Shown: positions 50,281 to 60,600, numbered from the stretch's first letter. The stretch: DNA of 64,000 bases from an uncultured Planctomycetaceae bacterium (GCA_963976765.1 CAXBME010000009.1:124001-188000), one strand, 5' to 3'. Notes: generated from the sequence alone by a model not told the origin. Made by a program: numbers and translations.

Positions 50281-50633
50281 CCATCACCACCGAAATTCGA
50301 GACGGCACGGCACTCTCCGCCGCGTGTCGCCGCCTGCAGATTGAACAGCCTCGACACGAAACCGTGCGTTTATTCAGCCGGGAAGTCACCGGCACAACAG
50401 TCCGGCTTCCGGAGTGGCGGTATCCGGTCGTGTGCCACCTCGCCACCGGCCAGATCGACTATGACAATTTCGAGGGCCGCTGGGGCGACAACCATCACTT
50501 GAACCGGCTCCGGCAGTCATACGCCGTTGAGAAAACCCGCATCGAAGCGAGGCGCACGGGGCACACGGTCACGGAACAGCAACTCGCCGATGGATCAATC
50601 CGTCTCTCCGTGTGCGCAGGAGCAGCTTCATGA
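50265..50633 (+). CDS. DUF1257 (Ycf35-like) protein
   Basis: MSHIVTITTEIRD..AL..AC..L, YDNFEGRWG, QSYA, EQQLADGSIRL. Confidence 0.85.
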   Translation: MSHIVTITTEIRDGTALSAACRRLQIEQPRHETVRLFSREVTGTTVRLPEWRYPVVCHLATGQIDYDNFEGRWGDNHHLNRLRQSYAVEKTRIEARRTGHTVTEQQLADGSIRLSVCAGAAS

Positions 50634-50836
50634 AACGCATCGAAATCACCATCGCCCTGGACGGCAGCTCAACCGTCGAAACGAAGGGATTCACCGGATC
50701 AACATGCCGCACAGCCAGTCAATGGATTGAACGAGCCCTTGGGAAAACGGCCTGCGAACAACTGACACACGAGTTTCATGCCACTACGGAATCGCACCAC
50801 ACCGAGCATCGGCAGGATTGCGGAGGACATGATTGA
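50630..50836 (+). CDS. DUF2997 protein
   Basis: IEITIALDGSSTVETKGFTGSTC..AS..IERALG...T.EF. Confidence 0.85.
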   Translation: MKRIEITIALDGSSTVETKGFTGSTCRTASQWIERALGKTACEQLTHEFHATTESHHTEHRQDCGGHD

Positions 50837-51473
50837 ATCGAACGCCTCCCTGGCCGAGACACGACATCGGCCCGTGATTGTTGTCGTCGAAGGTCAGTTT
50901 GATATCGAGTTCCTCCGACGCATCTCGCGCACGCTCCATGCCGCCGATTCAGCGGTTCCGAATCTGGCCACCGAAGAGACTGACGGTAACGTGATTCTGG
51001 TGCCATTCGGTGGCGGCGGTCATGCGGAGTGGATTTCTCGATTCCAGTCCCTGCAACTGCCTGAGTTTCACCTCTTCGATCGCGAAACATCTCCGGAAAC
51101 GGAAAACCGCCTCGCCACCGCTGCTGCGATTAACGCCAGGCCAGGCTGCCATGCTGTCGTCATGCGACGTCGAAGTCTCGAAAACTATCTGCATTCTGAT
51201 GCGGTCGCTGAAGCCTTCGGCGTAACCATCGACATCACTCCGCAATGCTCCGTCGTCCAACGGCTGGCGACGGAGCTGCACAGGTCTGGCAGCTTCGCGA
51301 TTCCGTGGCACGAACTTTCCCGCAAAGGGCGACACCGACTCTTCAATCGACTGAAACGCCGACTGAATACCGCCGCCGCAGATTACATGACCGTCGAGAG
51401 AATCCAGCAGGCGGACTCTGCCTTCGAGATTCGTTTTTGGCTGCAATCCATCACCACTCTCGGCAACGACTGA
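50829..51473 (+). CDS. stand-alone OLD-type TOPRIM nuclease domain
   Basis: IVVVEG.FDIEFL, PFGG, LFDRE, RSLENYL; no ABC ATPase domain. Confidence 0.75.
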   Translation: MIESNASLAETRHRPVIVVVEGQFDIEFLRRISRTLHAADSAVPNLATEETDGNVILVPFGGGGHAEWISRFQSLQLPEFHLFDRETSPETENRLATAAAINARPGCHAVVMRRRSLENYLHSDAVAEAFGVTIDITPQCSVVQRLATELHRSGSFAIPWHELSRKGRHRLFNRLKRRLNTAAADYMTVERIQQADSAFEIRFWLQSITTLGND

Positions 51474-51510
51474 CGCTTTCCCTAATCGCTTCGTTTTCCG
51501 TGGAGGAACA

Positions 51511-53004
51511 GTGCAACTTTCAGAAACAATCACCAACTACGTACGTGCCTGCTTTGCCGGCATCTGGATTGAGAGCCACGAGCACGATGATGCCATCGCC
51601 GACATCGCGAAGATGTGTGAAAACGAAAACTGGTCGCTGGCCACGTGGGACCTCGACGCCGGGTTAACCGTTCCTGGTTCAACTAATCCGGAAGAATCAG
51701 GTTCGACTGATCCCATTGCGGCGCTGCGATCGATTAACGGCCTTGCCTCTGATGACGGGGCTGCATTGCTTGTGCTGAAGAACTTCCATCGACTGCTGGG
51801 GTCACCGGAAATTATTCAGGCGGTCGCCCGGCAGATCAGCCTGGGTAAGCAGAACCGTACGTTTCTCATTGTCCTGGCACCTGTGGTGCAGATTCCGATC
51901 GAGCTGGAGAAGCAGTTCGTGGTCCTGTCACACGAACTGCCCGACCGCGTTCAACTCGAACAGATCGCCCGCGACATCGCGACCGAAGAAAACGAATTGC
52001 CGACTGGCAACGAACTTGACCGTGTGCTTGATTCGGCTGCCGGTTTGACCCGGTACGAAGCTGAGGGGGCATTCTCACTGTCACTCGTTCAACACGGTTG
52101 CGTGGTACCGGATGTGATCTGGGGTCTGAAGTCACAGACGTTGCGTAAGAGTGGACTGCTGGGACTGCACCGTGGGGAGGAACGATTCGATCAACTCGGC
52201 GGACTCGACAATCTCAAAGCCTTCTGCCGTCGTGCACTGGCTCGATCGAATACAAAATCAAAACATCGGCCGCGTGGCGTGCTGCTGCTCTCGCCACCGG
52301 GTTGCGGCAAGAGTCAGTTCGCCAAAAGTCTCGGCAACGAATCTGGTCGGCCGACTCTGACGCTCGATATCGGCAGTCTGATGGGCAGTCTTGTCGGTCA
52401 GAGCGAGCAGAACATCCGCCACGCTCTGCAGATTGCTGACGCCATGGCACCGGCAATTCTGTTCTGCGATGAGATCGAAAAGGGACTCGCCGGATCAGGC
52501 GGCAGCGGCCAGGCCGATTCCGGGGTGACCGCACGCGTCTTCGGTAACCTGCTGACCTGGCTCAACGATCACACTTCCGATGTCTTTGTTGTGGCCACCT
52601 GCAATGACATCAGCCGGTTGCCACCAGAGTTTTCACGAGCCGAGCGTTTCGATGGCGTGTTCTTTGTCGATCTTCCCACTCGTGAACAGCGAGACGCCAT
52701 CTGGCAAATCTATATCAACGAGTTCGAACTCGACGCAGATCAGCAGCGACCTGACGACGAACACTGGACCGGTGCGGAGATCCGTGCCTGTTGCCGGCTT
52801 TCTGCGTTACTCGATGTACCACTGGCTCAGGCCGCCACCAACATCGTCCCGGTCGCCAGCACGTCGGCAGAGTCGGTCGACACGCTAAGAACCTGGGCCA
52901 GTGGCCGATGCCTGTCGGCAGACGCACCCAGTGTATTCACATGCAACTCGAAGAGGCGTCGGCGTAGACGTCGTGCCGTTCAGGGCAATCCCTTGAACAA
53001 CTGA
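51511..53004 (+). CDS. Ycf46-like AAA+ ATPase
   Basis: Degenerate N-terminal AAA, LGGLDNLK, PRGVLLLSPPGCGKS, LFCDEIEK, ATCNDISRLPPEFSRAERFD. Confidence 0.88.
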   Translation: MQLSETITNYVRACFAGIWIESHEHDDAIADIAKMCENENWSLATWDLDAGLTVPGSTNPEESGSTDPIAALRSINGLASDDGAALLVLKNFHRLLGSPEIIQAVARQISLGKQNRTFLIVLAPVVQIPIELEKQFVVLSHELPDRVQLEQIARDIATEENELPTGNELDRVLDSAAGLTRYEAEGAFSLSLVQHGCVVPDVIWGLKSQTLRKSGLLGLHRGEERFDQLGGLDNLKAFCRRALARSNTKSKHRPRGVLLLSPPGCGKSQFAKSLGNESGRPTLTLDIGSLMGSLVGQSEQNIRHALQIADAMAPAILFCDEIEKGLAGSGGSGQADSGVTARVFGNLLTWLNDHTSDVFVVATCNDISRLPPEFSRAERFDGVFFVDLPTREQRDAIWQIYINEFELDADQQRPDDEHWTGAEIRACCRLSALLDVPLAQAATNIVPVASTSAESVDTLRTWASGRCLSADAPSVFTCNSKRRRRRRRAVQGNPLNN

Positions 53005-53045
53005 TAAATTCATCCAGCCACAAGCCAAACGAGGATGCGTAGCCT

Positions 53046-54005
53046 ATGACACAATCCACGGCAACACTGCCCGACTCGACAGATGTTGGGAAACAACTCC
53101 GAGACTCGATGGCTGCGGTTCGACTCAGCTTCACCTGGCTCGGAGTGCGTCGAACTTTGACGCCTCAGCAGAAATCCACTGCGGCAGGAACCTTTGGCGC
53201 TGAAGGTGACTATCTGTCAGCCGGCAAGAAGTTGCTCAACACGAAGCACCCTAAATTCAAAGCCGTAACGACCGTTCGCGGTGAAGCGGTCGCTTTCTGG
53301 AAGAACATCAGCGTGCCCTGGCCGGAACCCGGTATTCGGCTGATGCGGCAGGATGGAATTCGGTCGTTCGATCAGCGTCTGCGATTGCTGTCAGAGCAAC
53401 TTGATGAGGCGGTCGCAGAGCTCGACCATCACTTTGATGAGCTGAAGGAATCGGCACGTGACCGGCTGGGTAGCCTGTTCAACGAAGCTGATTACCCGAG
53501 TACGCTTCGGGGCGCGTTCGGCATTGCATGGGACTTTCCGGCTGTCGAACCGCCAAACTATCTGCGACAGCTCAATCCCGAACTCTATGAACAGGAATGC
53601 GACCGAGTGCGGACGCGGTTTGCCGAGGCTGCCAGGCTCGCCGAAGAAGCATTCATTGCCGAGCTGTCAGAAATCGTTTCACACTTATGCGAACGGCTGA
53701 GCGGTGAGCAGGATGCTCGGCCGAAAATCTTTCGCGATTCGGCCATCAACAATCTCACTGATTTCTTTGCACGGTTCCGTTCACTCAACGTCGGCTCGAA
53801 CGACGAACTGGAACGTCTCGTCGATCAGGCACAAAACGTCCTGCACGGTGTCCGTCCACAGGCGTTGCGGACAAGTGGCGAACTCCGGCAGCATGTCGCC
53901 ACGCAACTGTCCGGAGTGCAATCTGTGCTGGATGGTCTCATGGTCGATCGGCCTCGCAGGAACATCCTTCGACACAGCCGGCCAGAGGCGGAGGCTGCCG
54001 GATGA
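53046..54005 (+). CDS. DUF3150-like hypothetical protein
   Basis: SAGKKLL, SVPWPEPGIRL, RLGSLFNEADYP, KIFRDSAI; position downstream of the AAA gene. Confidence 0.65.
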   Translation: MTQSTATLPDSTDVGKQLRDSMAAVRLSFTWLGVRRTLTPQQKSTAAGTFGAEGDYLSAGKKLLNTKHPKFKAVTTVRGEAVAFWKNISVPWPEPGIRLMRQDGIRSFDQRLRLLSEQLDEAVAELDHHFDELKESARDRLGSLFNEADYPSTLRGAFGIAWDFPAVEPPNYLRQLNPELYEQECDRVRTRFAEAARLAEEAFIAELSEIVSHLCERLSGEQDARPKIFRDSAINNLTDFFARFRSLNVGSNDELERLVDQAQNVLHGVRPQALRTSGELRQHVATQLSGVQSVLDGLMVDRPRRNILRHSRPEAEAAG

Positions 54006-54241
54006 TCCTCATCGCAGAATCCGATGGACTTATGCGCTGCGTCTACGATGAAGCGATCGATGTAGGACAGCTTGGCTCGATCACGATCGAACGCGCCAGT
54101 CATGTCGAACCGAAGTGCGACAGAACGTGGACAGCCGACCTGACGCCAGTCGGCGGCCCTCTGCTGACTGGCTTTGAACGACGCAGCAAAGCACTCGCTG
54201 CTGAAATTGACTGGCTGAATAAAAACTGGCTGAGCGGCTGA
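54002..54241 (+). CDS. hypothetical protein
   Basis: ATGA coupling; CVYDEAID..LG..I.RASHVEP..W.ADL.PVGGP. Confidence 0.75.
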   Translation: MILIAESDGLMRCVYDEAIDVGQLGSITIERASHVEPKCDRTWTADLTPVGGPLLTGFERRSKALAAEIDWLNKNWLSG

Positions 54242-54294
54242 AGTCGCTGATGGATTACGATCTGGTCACGGAAGGACCTCAACAACGTTTCCAG

Positions 54295-54328
54295 GCCGTG
54301 TAGCGAATTGTTCGCCGCACGGCTTTTT
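54295..54328 (+). terminator. rho-independent terminator
   Basis: GCCGTG..GCGAA-TTG-TTCGC..CACGGC followed by TTTTT. Confidence 0.6.
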
Positions 54329-54365
54329 CTATGCGCCCTGTTTCACAACTTGAGGATGCCTTCCC

Positions 54366-54572
54366 ATGACAGACAACGACCTGAACCGAGCCGTCGCTCG
54401 TGCCACCGGTGAAACCGTCAGCGAAATTCGTTCACGCGGATTCTCGCTGGTGACTCCCGATTCCGAAACCTTCGAACCACCTCACAACAAGCGAGTGACA
54501 AGACCGCGACATCACAACGACCACCCGAGCAAAGGGGTATCGGCTGAGCCCGCCCTGGGCTCGCACGCGTAG
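54366..54572 (+). CDS. small hypothetical protein
   Basis: GAGGA RBS; LNRAVARATGETVSEIRSRGFSL. Confidence 0.65.
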   Translation: MTDNDLNRAVARATGETVSEIRSRGFSLVTPDSETFEPPHNKRVTRPRHHNDHPSKGVSAEPALGSHA

Positions 54573-54631
54573 ATCGAACGACGACTCATCACATCAACTG
54601 ACAACCTCTATTCGTAAGACAGGAAGCACTC

Positions 54632-54913
54632 TTGAAAATCCTTGTAATCAATAACGATGGTGGCGGCTTCGCTGACTATGTGAACGTCGCTGATGACACC
54701 ACAGTCGAGCAACTCTTCAAGTCACATTGCCCGTCAGCGGATGCGTCGAGTTACCTAATCAGAGTTAATCGTCAGCCCTGCGCCAGTGACCAGCGACTCA
54801 GCGAAGGTGATCGCATCAGCATTACGCCCACTAAAATCGAAGGTGCCGCAACGTTTCGCCGCAGTAGCTCTGCCGTTCGGCCCAGAGTGCCCCGGCATTA
54901 TCACAGTGGTTGA
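54632..54913 (+). CDS. ubiquitin-like (ThiS/MoaD beta-grasp) protein
   Basis: [15 protein letters not shown]...[19 protein letters not shown], followed by a 22-aa tail. Confidence 0.8.
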   Translation: MKILVINNDGGGFADYVNVADDTTVEQLFKSHCPSADASSYLIRVNRQPCASDQRLSEGDRISITPTKIEGAATFRRSSSAVRPRVPRHYHSG

Positions 54914-55002
54914 GTGATCGTCGGCCGACTCATGAATTCAGTTGTTTTGCGGCGGTAGCGACTGTTGCTGCCGCCGCAAAACTTTTCTTCATCAGGTGAA
55001 TT

Positions 55003-56058
55003 ATGGTCTCACGAACATGCTGTTCAATCCTCGCTGCGGCAATGATTCATGCTCGACTGGCCGAGCCGCCACCGAACGCGCCCGCCGCCGAACTGCCTGT
55101 TGCGGGCTGGCAGGAGTCTGCTCGTCTGATCCGGCTAATTCAGAAAGCTCAACAAGCATGTCTCTATCGAGCCGAGCGGAAATTACAGACTGCACTTTGG
55201 AGTTCGATTCAGCGACTCAATCTGAAAATCGCTGAAGTTCTGCGGACACTGGAAACACAGCCGCAGAACAAGGTGGTGACATCGGCCCAAAGTATTCTCG
55301 CCGATCTTCGTGCGCTGGAAACGGAATTTGAAACCGTAGACATCAACGTGCCGAAACAGACGGTTGCCGTTGAAACGGATGCCATTTGCCTGGAGGGCCG
55401 TGAGCTTGGTCGATTTCAGATCGTTTTGAACTGGCGTCTTTTGGGAGGAACCGGAGCATACAAAGTGATTGCCCTTGATGCCAACGCCGCTGCCACGGAC
55501 GACGACACGCCTCATCCGCATGTGCAATCCAATTCGTTGTGCGAAGGTGAAGGACGAGTTCCGATTCGCAAGGCACTTGCCGATGGTCGGTTGTTCGACT
55601 TTTTCATTCTCATTCGCCAAATCCTTCAGACCTACAACTCGTCGAGTGCTTACGTGAGGCTGGACGAGTGGGATGGTTTTCAATGCCCTGACTGTGGTTC
55701 AACCTCGAACGAGGACGACAGCAGTCTCTGTGAAGGCTGTTCGACTCGCACCTGCTGCGAATGCTCTTTTCGCTGCCACGACTGCGAATACTTTGTTTGT
55801 TCAGACTGCATCCAAACCTGTACCGGATGCGACAACGATACCTGCTCGTCGTGTCGGTCTGCCTGTGCAGAGTGCGGCGACGGCTTCTGTGGAGAATGCC
55901 TCAATGACAACCACTGCCCACTCTGTCGCGAAAAAGAAGAGGAAGAAACGACACAGTCAGAACTCACGACGACGATCGCGCCATCCGTCTCGTCGCCCGA
56001 CCATTCGATTCACACCGTATGCGTGGGCGAAACTGCTTTACCTGCGGGATGCCGGTGA
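55003..56058 (+). CDS. prokaryotic E2-like (UBC fold) protein with Cys-rich Zn-binding C-terminus
   Basis: PHPHV...SLC (HPN-like motif plus Cys), [11 protein letters not shown], ten CxxC pairs. Confidence 0.7.
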   Translation: MVSRTCCSILAAAMIHARLAEPPPNAPAAELPVAGWQESARLIRLIQKAQQACLYRAERKLQTALWSSIQRLNLKIAEVLRTLETQPQNKVVTSAQSILADLRALETEFETVDINVPKQTVAVETDAICLEGRELGRFQIVLNWRLLGGTGAYKVIALDANAAATDDDTPHPHVQSNSLCEGEGRVPIRKALADGRLFDFFILIRQILQTYNSSSAYVRLDEWDGFQCPDCGSTSNEDDSSLCEGCSTRTCCECSFRCHDCEYFVCSDCIQTCTGCDNDTCSSCRSACAECGDGFCGECLNDNHCPLCREKEEEETTQSELTTTIAPSVSSPDHSIHTVCVGETALPAGCR

Positions 56059-56659
56059 CACCGAAATCGGCGGCTTTGCCGTGACATCACCGGACGATCT
56101 GCTGATGGTCGAAGATGTCAGGCTTGTGCGTCAACGATGTACGGCGGTTACGGTCGCCTTCGACGACTCATCCGTCGCGGACTACTTCGACGAACAAGTT
56201 GATGCGGACCTGAAGCCGGAACAGTTCGGACGCATCTGGCTCCATACTCATCCTGGCGACTCCGCCGAACCGAGTACGGTCGATGAAGAGACTTTCGATC
56301 GGTGCTTCGGCAACTCAGATTGGTCGGTGATGTTCATTCTGGCTCAGGACGGAGCAACGTACGCACGGCTGCGTTTCAACGTTGGTCCCACAACAACTCG
56401 AACCATGAAAGTTGAGATTGACTACTCAATGCCGTTCGCTGCGGCAGATGGCGAGGCGTGGCAGGCTGAGTACGACAGCAACGTTATGACTCAATCGCCT
56501 TCGTACTGTCTCGAAGGCGAGGCATGGGAAGACGAAGGATTGTCTTCACGCCCCTGCATCGACCAGCGGATGATCGAACACGACTGGTTCGAACGTTTCG
56601 ATGCCGAACCACTTTTCCCAGAACATGAGGAGACTCGATGGCTTGCAGCGCTCGACTGA
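55904..56659 (+). CDS. JAB/MPN (JAMM) metalloprotease
   Basis: [22 protein letters not shown] (E..HxH..S..D); GGAG upstream of ATG 55904. Confidence 0.85.
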   Translation: MTTTAHSVAKKKRKKRHSQNSRRRSRHPSRRPTIRFTPYAWAKLLYLRDAGDTEIGGFAVTSPDDLLMVEDVRLVRQRCTAVTVAFDDSSVADYFDEQVDADLKPEQFGRIWLHTHPGDSAEPSTVDEETFDRCFGNSDWSVMFILAQDGATYARLRFNVGPTTTRTMKVEIDYSMPFAAADGEAWQAEYDSNVMTQSPSYCLEGEAWEDEGLSSRPCIDQRMIEHDWFERFDAEPLFPEHEETRWLAALD

Positions 56660-57291
56660 TCCGACAAACAGATCTTGTTCCAGAACGACGGCTTACAGAG
56701 GTAACAGCGACGGTCATCGGAGTCGGAGCCATCGGTCGGCAGGTGGCTCTGCAGCTGGTGTCGCTCGGTGTGCCGTCAATTCAGTTGATCGATTTTGACT
56801 CGGTCGACAACACCAATGTCACCACACAGGGATACTCGACGTACGATATCGGTGAACGGAAAGTCGAAGCAACGGCAGCGGCGATCGCCAGAATTGATCC
56901 CGATGCGGATGTCACCGCAGTCGTCGATCGGTTTCGTCCTCGTTGTGATATTGGTGACGCGGTCTTCTGCTGCGTCGATTCTATTTCTGCTCGCACTGCC
57001 ATCTGGCGATCAGCTCAACACGGATGCCGATTCTGGAGCGACGGTCGCATGCTGGGCGAGACGATTCGAGTGGTCTCCGTCAGCGAAGACATCGGTCGAT
57101 CATCTTACCCCACAACCTTGTTTCGTCAGTCCGAAGCTCAGACCGGCGCCTGCACTGCTCGGAGCACAATCTACTCAGCCAGCGTCGCCGCCGGACTGAT
57201 GCTCCACCAATTCACCCGCTGGCTGCGCAATCAGCCGATCGATACTGACCTGTCATTGAACCTGCTGGCCAGCGAAATGACGGTGGCCTGA
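56638..57291 (+). CDS. ThiF/E1-like adenylyltransferase
   Basis: [35 protein letters not shown], candidate catalytic Cys in GACTA. Confidence 0.88.
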   Translation: MACSARLIRQTDLVPERRLTEVTATVIGVGAIGRQVALQLVSLGVPSIQLIDFDSVDNTNVTTQGYSTYDIGERKVEATAAAIARIDPDADVTAVVDRFRPRCDIGDAVFCCVDSISARTAIWRSAQHGCRFWSDGRMLGETIRVVSVSEDIGRSSYPTTLFRQSEAQTGACTARSTIYSASVAAGLMLHQFTRWLRNQPIDTDLSLNLLASEMTVA

Positions 57292-57342
57292 CACAAGTCC
57301 CGACGGTCTGAACCTTTCACATATCTTGAAAAGGGGGACCGC

Positions 57343-57477
57343 ATGGACTCACTGTTGGGAACACTGATCCTGGCTGGCTTCATCTATTGGGCGTACAAAC
57401 ACGGAAAAAGAACCGGCAGCCGCAAAGGCTACAACGTCGGCTTCTCCCGAGGTCGCAACCGCCACTTCCGCCGCTGA
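57343..57477 (+). CDS. small basic membrane protein (44 aa, below ORF-track cutoff)
   Basis: AAGGGG RBS; MDSLLGTLILAGFIYWAYKHGKRTGSRKGYNVGFSRGRNRHFRR. Confidence 0.6.
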   Translation: MDSLLGTLILAGFIYWAYKHGKRTGSRKGYNVGFSRGRNRHFRR

Positions 57478-57526
57478 AGCCGAACTCACGGGGCCGCTTC
57501 CGGGCGGCCCCGTCCCGGCTTTTGTT
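57478..57526 (+). terminator. rho-independent terminator
   Basis: AGCCG..GGGCCGC-TTCCGG-GCGGCCC..CGGCT followed by TTTGTTT. Confidence 0.6.
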
Positions 57527-57640
57527 TAGCTATCAGAACTACGAACGCCCAACAGGTTTGCCTACATGAAGATAGGAATTAGCAGGGCGTGGCGCACTTA
57601 GTGGCAGACCAGAAATTGATTGATGTAGGTCTCGTGGGGT

Positions 57641-58006
57641 ATGTTTCAGGACAACGACTGGCTTTACCTGACAAATCTGGCCGAGCAGGGATGGAACTAC
57701 TGCACTGTTCTGGCCGAGATTCAGGGGCGTGGCGGCCAGACCGTGCATAACGTCCACTTCGTCGAACACTGGGCGCCCGGGGCGACTCTGAGGGACAAAT
57801 ACTCGACCGGGACGCACGTTCCACAGATCGACCATACGCTGGGAGCATCCACCGTTACAGACATGTCGTCGGTAAAGGTGTCTGTCTGGTGCAAAGAGTT
57901 CGCACAAGCCGACAACAGGTTGGCGTATTGGGGCAACGTCAGAGACAAGGTGATCGTCGGATCTTATCGGGAACTGAAAGTTAAGTCGCGGTTTGTCCCC
58001 CGGTAA
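57641..58006 (+). CDS. hypothetical protein (possibly 5'-truncated)
   Basis: 121 aa protein-like ORF. An in-frame ATG at 57566 is separated from it by a TAG. Confidence 0.45.
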   Translation: MFQDNDWLYLTNLAEQGWNYCTVLAEIQGRGGQTVHNVHFVEHWAPGATLRDKYSTGTHVPQIDHTLGASTVTDMSSVKVSVWCKEFAQADNRLAYWGNVRDKVIVGSYRELKVKSRFVPR

Positions 58007-58378
58007 AAGGTATTGTCTGGGACACACAGCGGGGCGTTCAGGCAACACACCGGTGTCCCCGGTCTGCCACCATCGACCGTGACAATCCGCTTTACGAACG
58101 GAACGCAACAGCATTCACAGTTATGGCAGTGCGAAGCGTGGAATCGCGGCGAAGAAAAGACCTCTGATACCTCCAGAAACTGCAGTGGGCTCCGACCAGC
58201 TACGACATCGAAATCCACTTTCCCGACACAGGTTTTGTGTTTCACAGCGTTTTGCACAACGAAGAAAGCTAACGAGCGAGTCACAGCCTAAACTGACCAC
58301 CGGCTCATCGTGAACTGAACACGCAATTCACCAGGCGCATGCTGTGACGAATGTTGAAGCTGGGCCAGATAGGGTTGA

Positions 58379-59485
58379 TCATCGCTGCTCAACGGGCTCA
58401 CGCGCCGCTCGGACGTTTGGCCCAGTGCACATGGCAGACACGCACTCGATCTCCGTCGATCGTCTGACTCGGCCACTTCGCAGCCCAGTGACGTCCATCT
58501 CGTGCCCGAACAGGATGTGATTTACCTCGGCCTGAATCAGCTCCGCGGATTGCTTGTACATTCCACCGCGTGGTCCGGCGAACTGGCAGGTCCACGCCGC
58601 CAGAGACTGACCAAACCTGAGGGCTTCCTCGACATTGATCTGTGTCAGCTTTGCTGAATCTGGTCGACCGAGTTGCTGAAGCAGGTGAACGAGACCTGCA
58701 GTGCACCAGTCACCCGCGCCTGCGGTGTCGAGTACAGACGGCGCTGGGCACTGAGGCAGCGACTTCCACGCAGCACGTTTTGACCGCTGGCTCGCGAGTC
58801 GGTACCGCAGCCCGTCTGCTCCCTGTGTTTCAACCTGTAGCAGCGGGCGATTTGTCCCGGTCAGTCCGCTCATCTCGTTCATGCGTTCGTCCGAGTACTT
58901 GAGGACGTGGACGTACTGCAATGCTTCACGGAATTGTTTGGGGTTCGCGTTCGCTGACGGCTCGAAGACTACCCAGGAACCGTTTTCGTGATACCACTTA
59001 GCGAGATTGACAGCAGCCCTTGAGACACGGTCGAAGAAATAGACGTCCGCGGCGGGAACGGCTTCCGTAACGGTGTCGACACATGAACCAACGACAGCTT
59101 TGTATCCCGGCAACCACGCCCCACATCCCGGGCAGGTCCACACGAATCGATGTACGGACTCGCCCGATGGCTTTCGCTTGATCCTCTCGACAACGACGGG
59201 CGTGGTAGCGCGTGGAGTCAGTGAGGCCAGACTCGTGTTCACGCCCCAACGTCGCATGTCACGAAGAATGGTCTGCCCAGCGCGATCGTCTTCCAGCCGC
59301 GCCACCGGAAAGGCATCCCATCCGAGCCACGCCATGATTGTCATGACATTGCCACACGTACCGCCCGCAAAAAGCCGCTGATGCTCGGGGCTCACGTCGT
59401 CGATCACAACATCGAGAGCCGTCAGACCGGTGCCGACGATGGTGGGTGTTGAACGTGACTTGCGGAACGGGTCATTTGCACTCAT
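58379..59485 (-). CDS. PfkB/ribokinase-family kinase with CPGC insertion
   Basis: G...LDV, AGGTCGNV, VVFEPS, VLKYS.E, TQGADG, DTAGAGD. Confidence 0.88.
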   Translation of the reverse strand: MSANDPFRKSRSTPTIVGTGLTALDVVIDDVSPEHQRLFAGGTCGNVMTIMAWLGWDAFPVARLEDDRAGQTILRDMRRWGVNTSLASLTPRATTPVVVERIKRKPSGESVHRFVWTCPGCGAWLPGYKAVVGSCVDTVTEAVPAADVYFFDRVSRAAVNLAKWYHENGSWVVFEPSANANPKQFREALQYVHVLKYSDERMNEMSGLTGTNRPLLQVETQGADGLRYRLASQRSKRAAWKSLPQCPAPSVLDTAGAGDWCTAGLVHLLQQLGRPDSAKLTQINVEEALRFGQSLAAWTCQFAGPRGGMYKQSAELIQAEVNHILFGHEMDVTGLRSGRVRRSTEIECVSAMCTGPNVRAAREPVEQR

Positions 59486-60600
59486 TGATCTGCTTCCTTG
59501 CTGTTGTCCTGCGGGTACGCCTCACCGTGAAGCCAGAGATGTACCATCCTGACCTGCTCGGCATCATCAATCTTGTCCTGATCCATTCTGTAGCCGACGG
59601 CCTCTGATCGTACGACGGGGAAGTCTCGATCGATTGCTGCGAGCATTGCTCCGATGGCCAGCATCTTCCGGCCGAATGGAGACAGAATGGTCATCGAACC
59701 GCCTACGTCGCGGAACACCTGTTGCCGAATGTCATCAATCCTGAGAATCGTACGATACAGGTCAAGAGGGTAGCTGTCGTGGGCATAGACGATGTCACGC
59801 GAGTCCACCTGCCACGTGCTCTCAAATTCGTCTCGAAATGCCCAGATCAGATCGTCCCCAAGTCGCGGCCGAGAAGGCGCGAACGGGATGACCGGGCAGA
59901 CGGCGTCCGGTTCGAGCCAGTTGTAGACTCGCCCCAATACCTCGGGGACACTTTCACCGAGTCCAAGTTGAGGCAACCACAGCTTCGCCGCTCCGCGACT
60001 GGCATCGAGTCCCAGCTGCCCGCCGAAACCATGAACCGGCGTGGCTCGATCGGAAGCGATCGACGTAATGGCTCCGTCAGTCAGTGGTTCATCGATTGCA
60101 AACAGATGCAGGTTGACGGTTTGGCCGCCCGGCTTCTGTTCCGCATATTCCAATAAGAGCCGTACGAGAGGAAATGCCACACCGATCGACATCGCACTGA
60201 AATCGACGATCAGGTCGGTTGTGCCCGATTCAAGATGCTTCTGAACGCGTTGAACTGCCGTGCGTCCGCCGGTAACGGCCTGGTCACCCGACACCATGTT
60301 GATCCGCTCCACCTGATGGTTATCGAAGCGGGCCTGAATTGCATTCGTGTTGTCGTCAGCACGCTTGACAAGAGTATCGTCCGTCAGCGGAACATCTTCT
60401 CGCAGAATCACGCAGTGCGTGTCTTTCGCACACGCGTCTGCGACATGATCGGCAACGATGCGTGATCGTGGATCGAAGCCTCCACCGCAAACCAGGATGA
60501 CCTTCCTATCTGCGTCAGTAAAGAAGTCCTGAACGAAGGCGATGGCAGCATCACCCCAATGCTGCACACAGTCGTCCCAGCGTCCACGGTTCCGCATCAT
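59482..60600 (-). CDS. hypothetical protein, tandem Rossmann/CARF-like
   Basis: VILVCGGGFDPRS, LIVDFSAMS, ILSPFGRKMLAIGAMLA. Confidence 0.6.
   Translation of the reverse strand: MMRNRGRWDDCVQHWGDAAIAFVQDFFTDADRKVILVCGGGFDPRSRIVADHVADACAKDTHCVILREDVPLTDDTLVKRADDNTNAIQARFDNHQVERINMVSGDQAVTGGRTAVQRVQKHLESGTTDLIVDFSAMSIGVAFPLVRLLLEYAEQKPGGQTVNLHLFAIDEPLTDGAITSIASDRATPVHGFGGQLGLDASRGAAKLWLPQLGLGESVPEVLGRVYNWLEPDAVCPVIPFAPSRPRLGDDLIWAFRDEFESTWQVDSRDIVYAHDSYPLDLYRTILRIDDIRQQVFRDVGGSMTILSPFGRKMLAIGAMLAAIDRDFPVVRSEAVGYRMDQDKIDDAEQVRMVHLWLHGEAYPQDNSKEADQ

Noticed and set aside
55673..55903. N-terminal 77 aa of the JAB ORF
   Set aside because: This is an alternative-frame reading of the E2 Cys array. 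ATG 55904 has an RBS-like GGAG.
54632..57291. Thiamine or molybdopterin sulfur-relay operon
   Set aside because: No thiG, moaE or related genes, and an E2-like gene is present.
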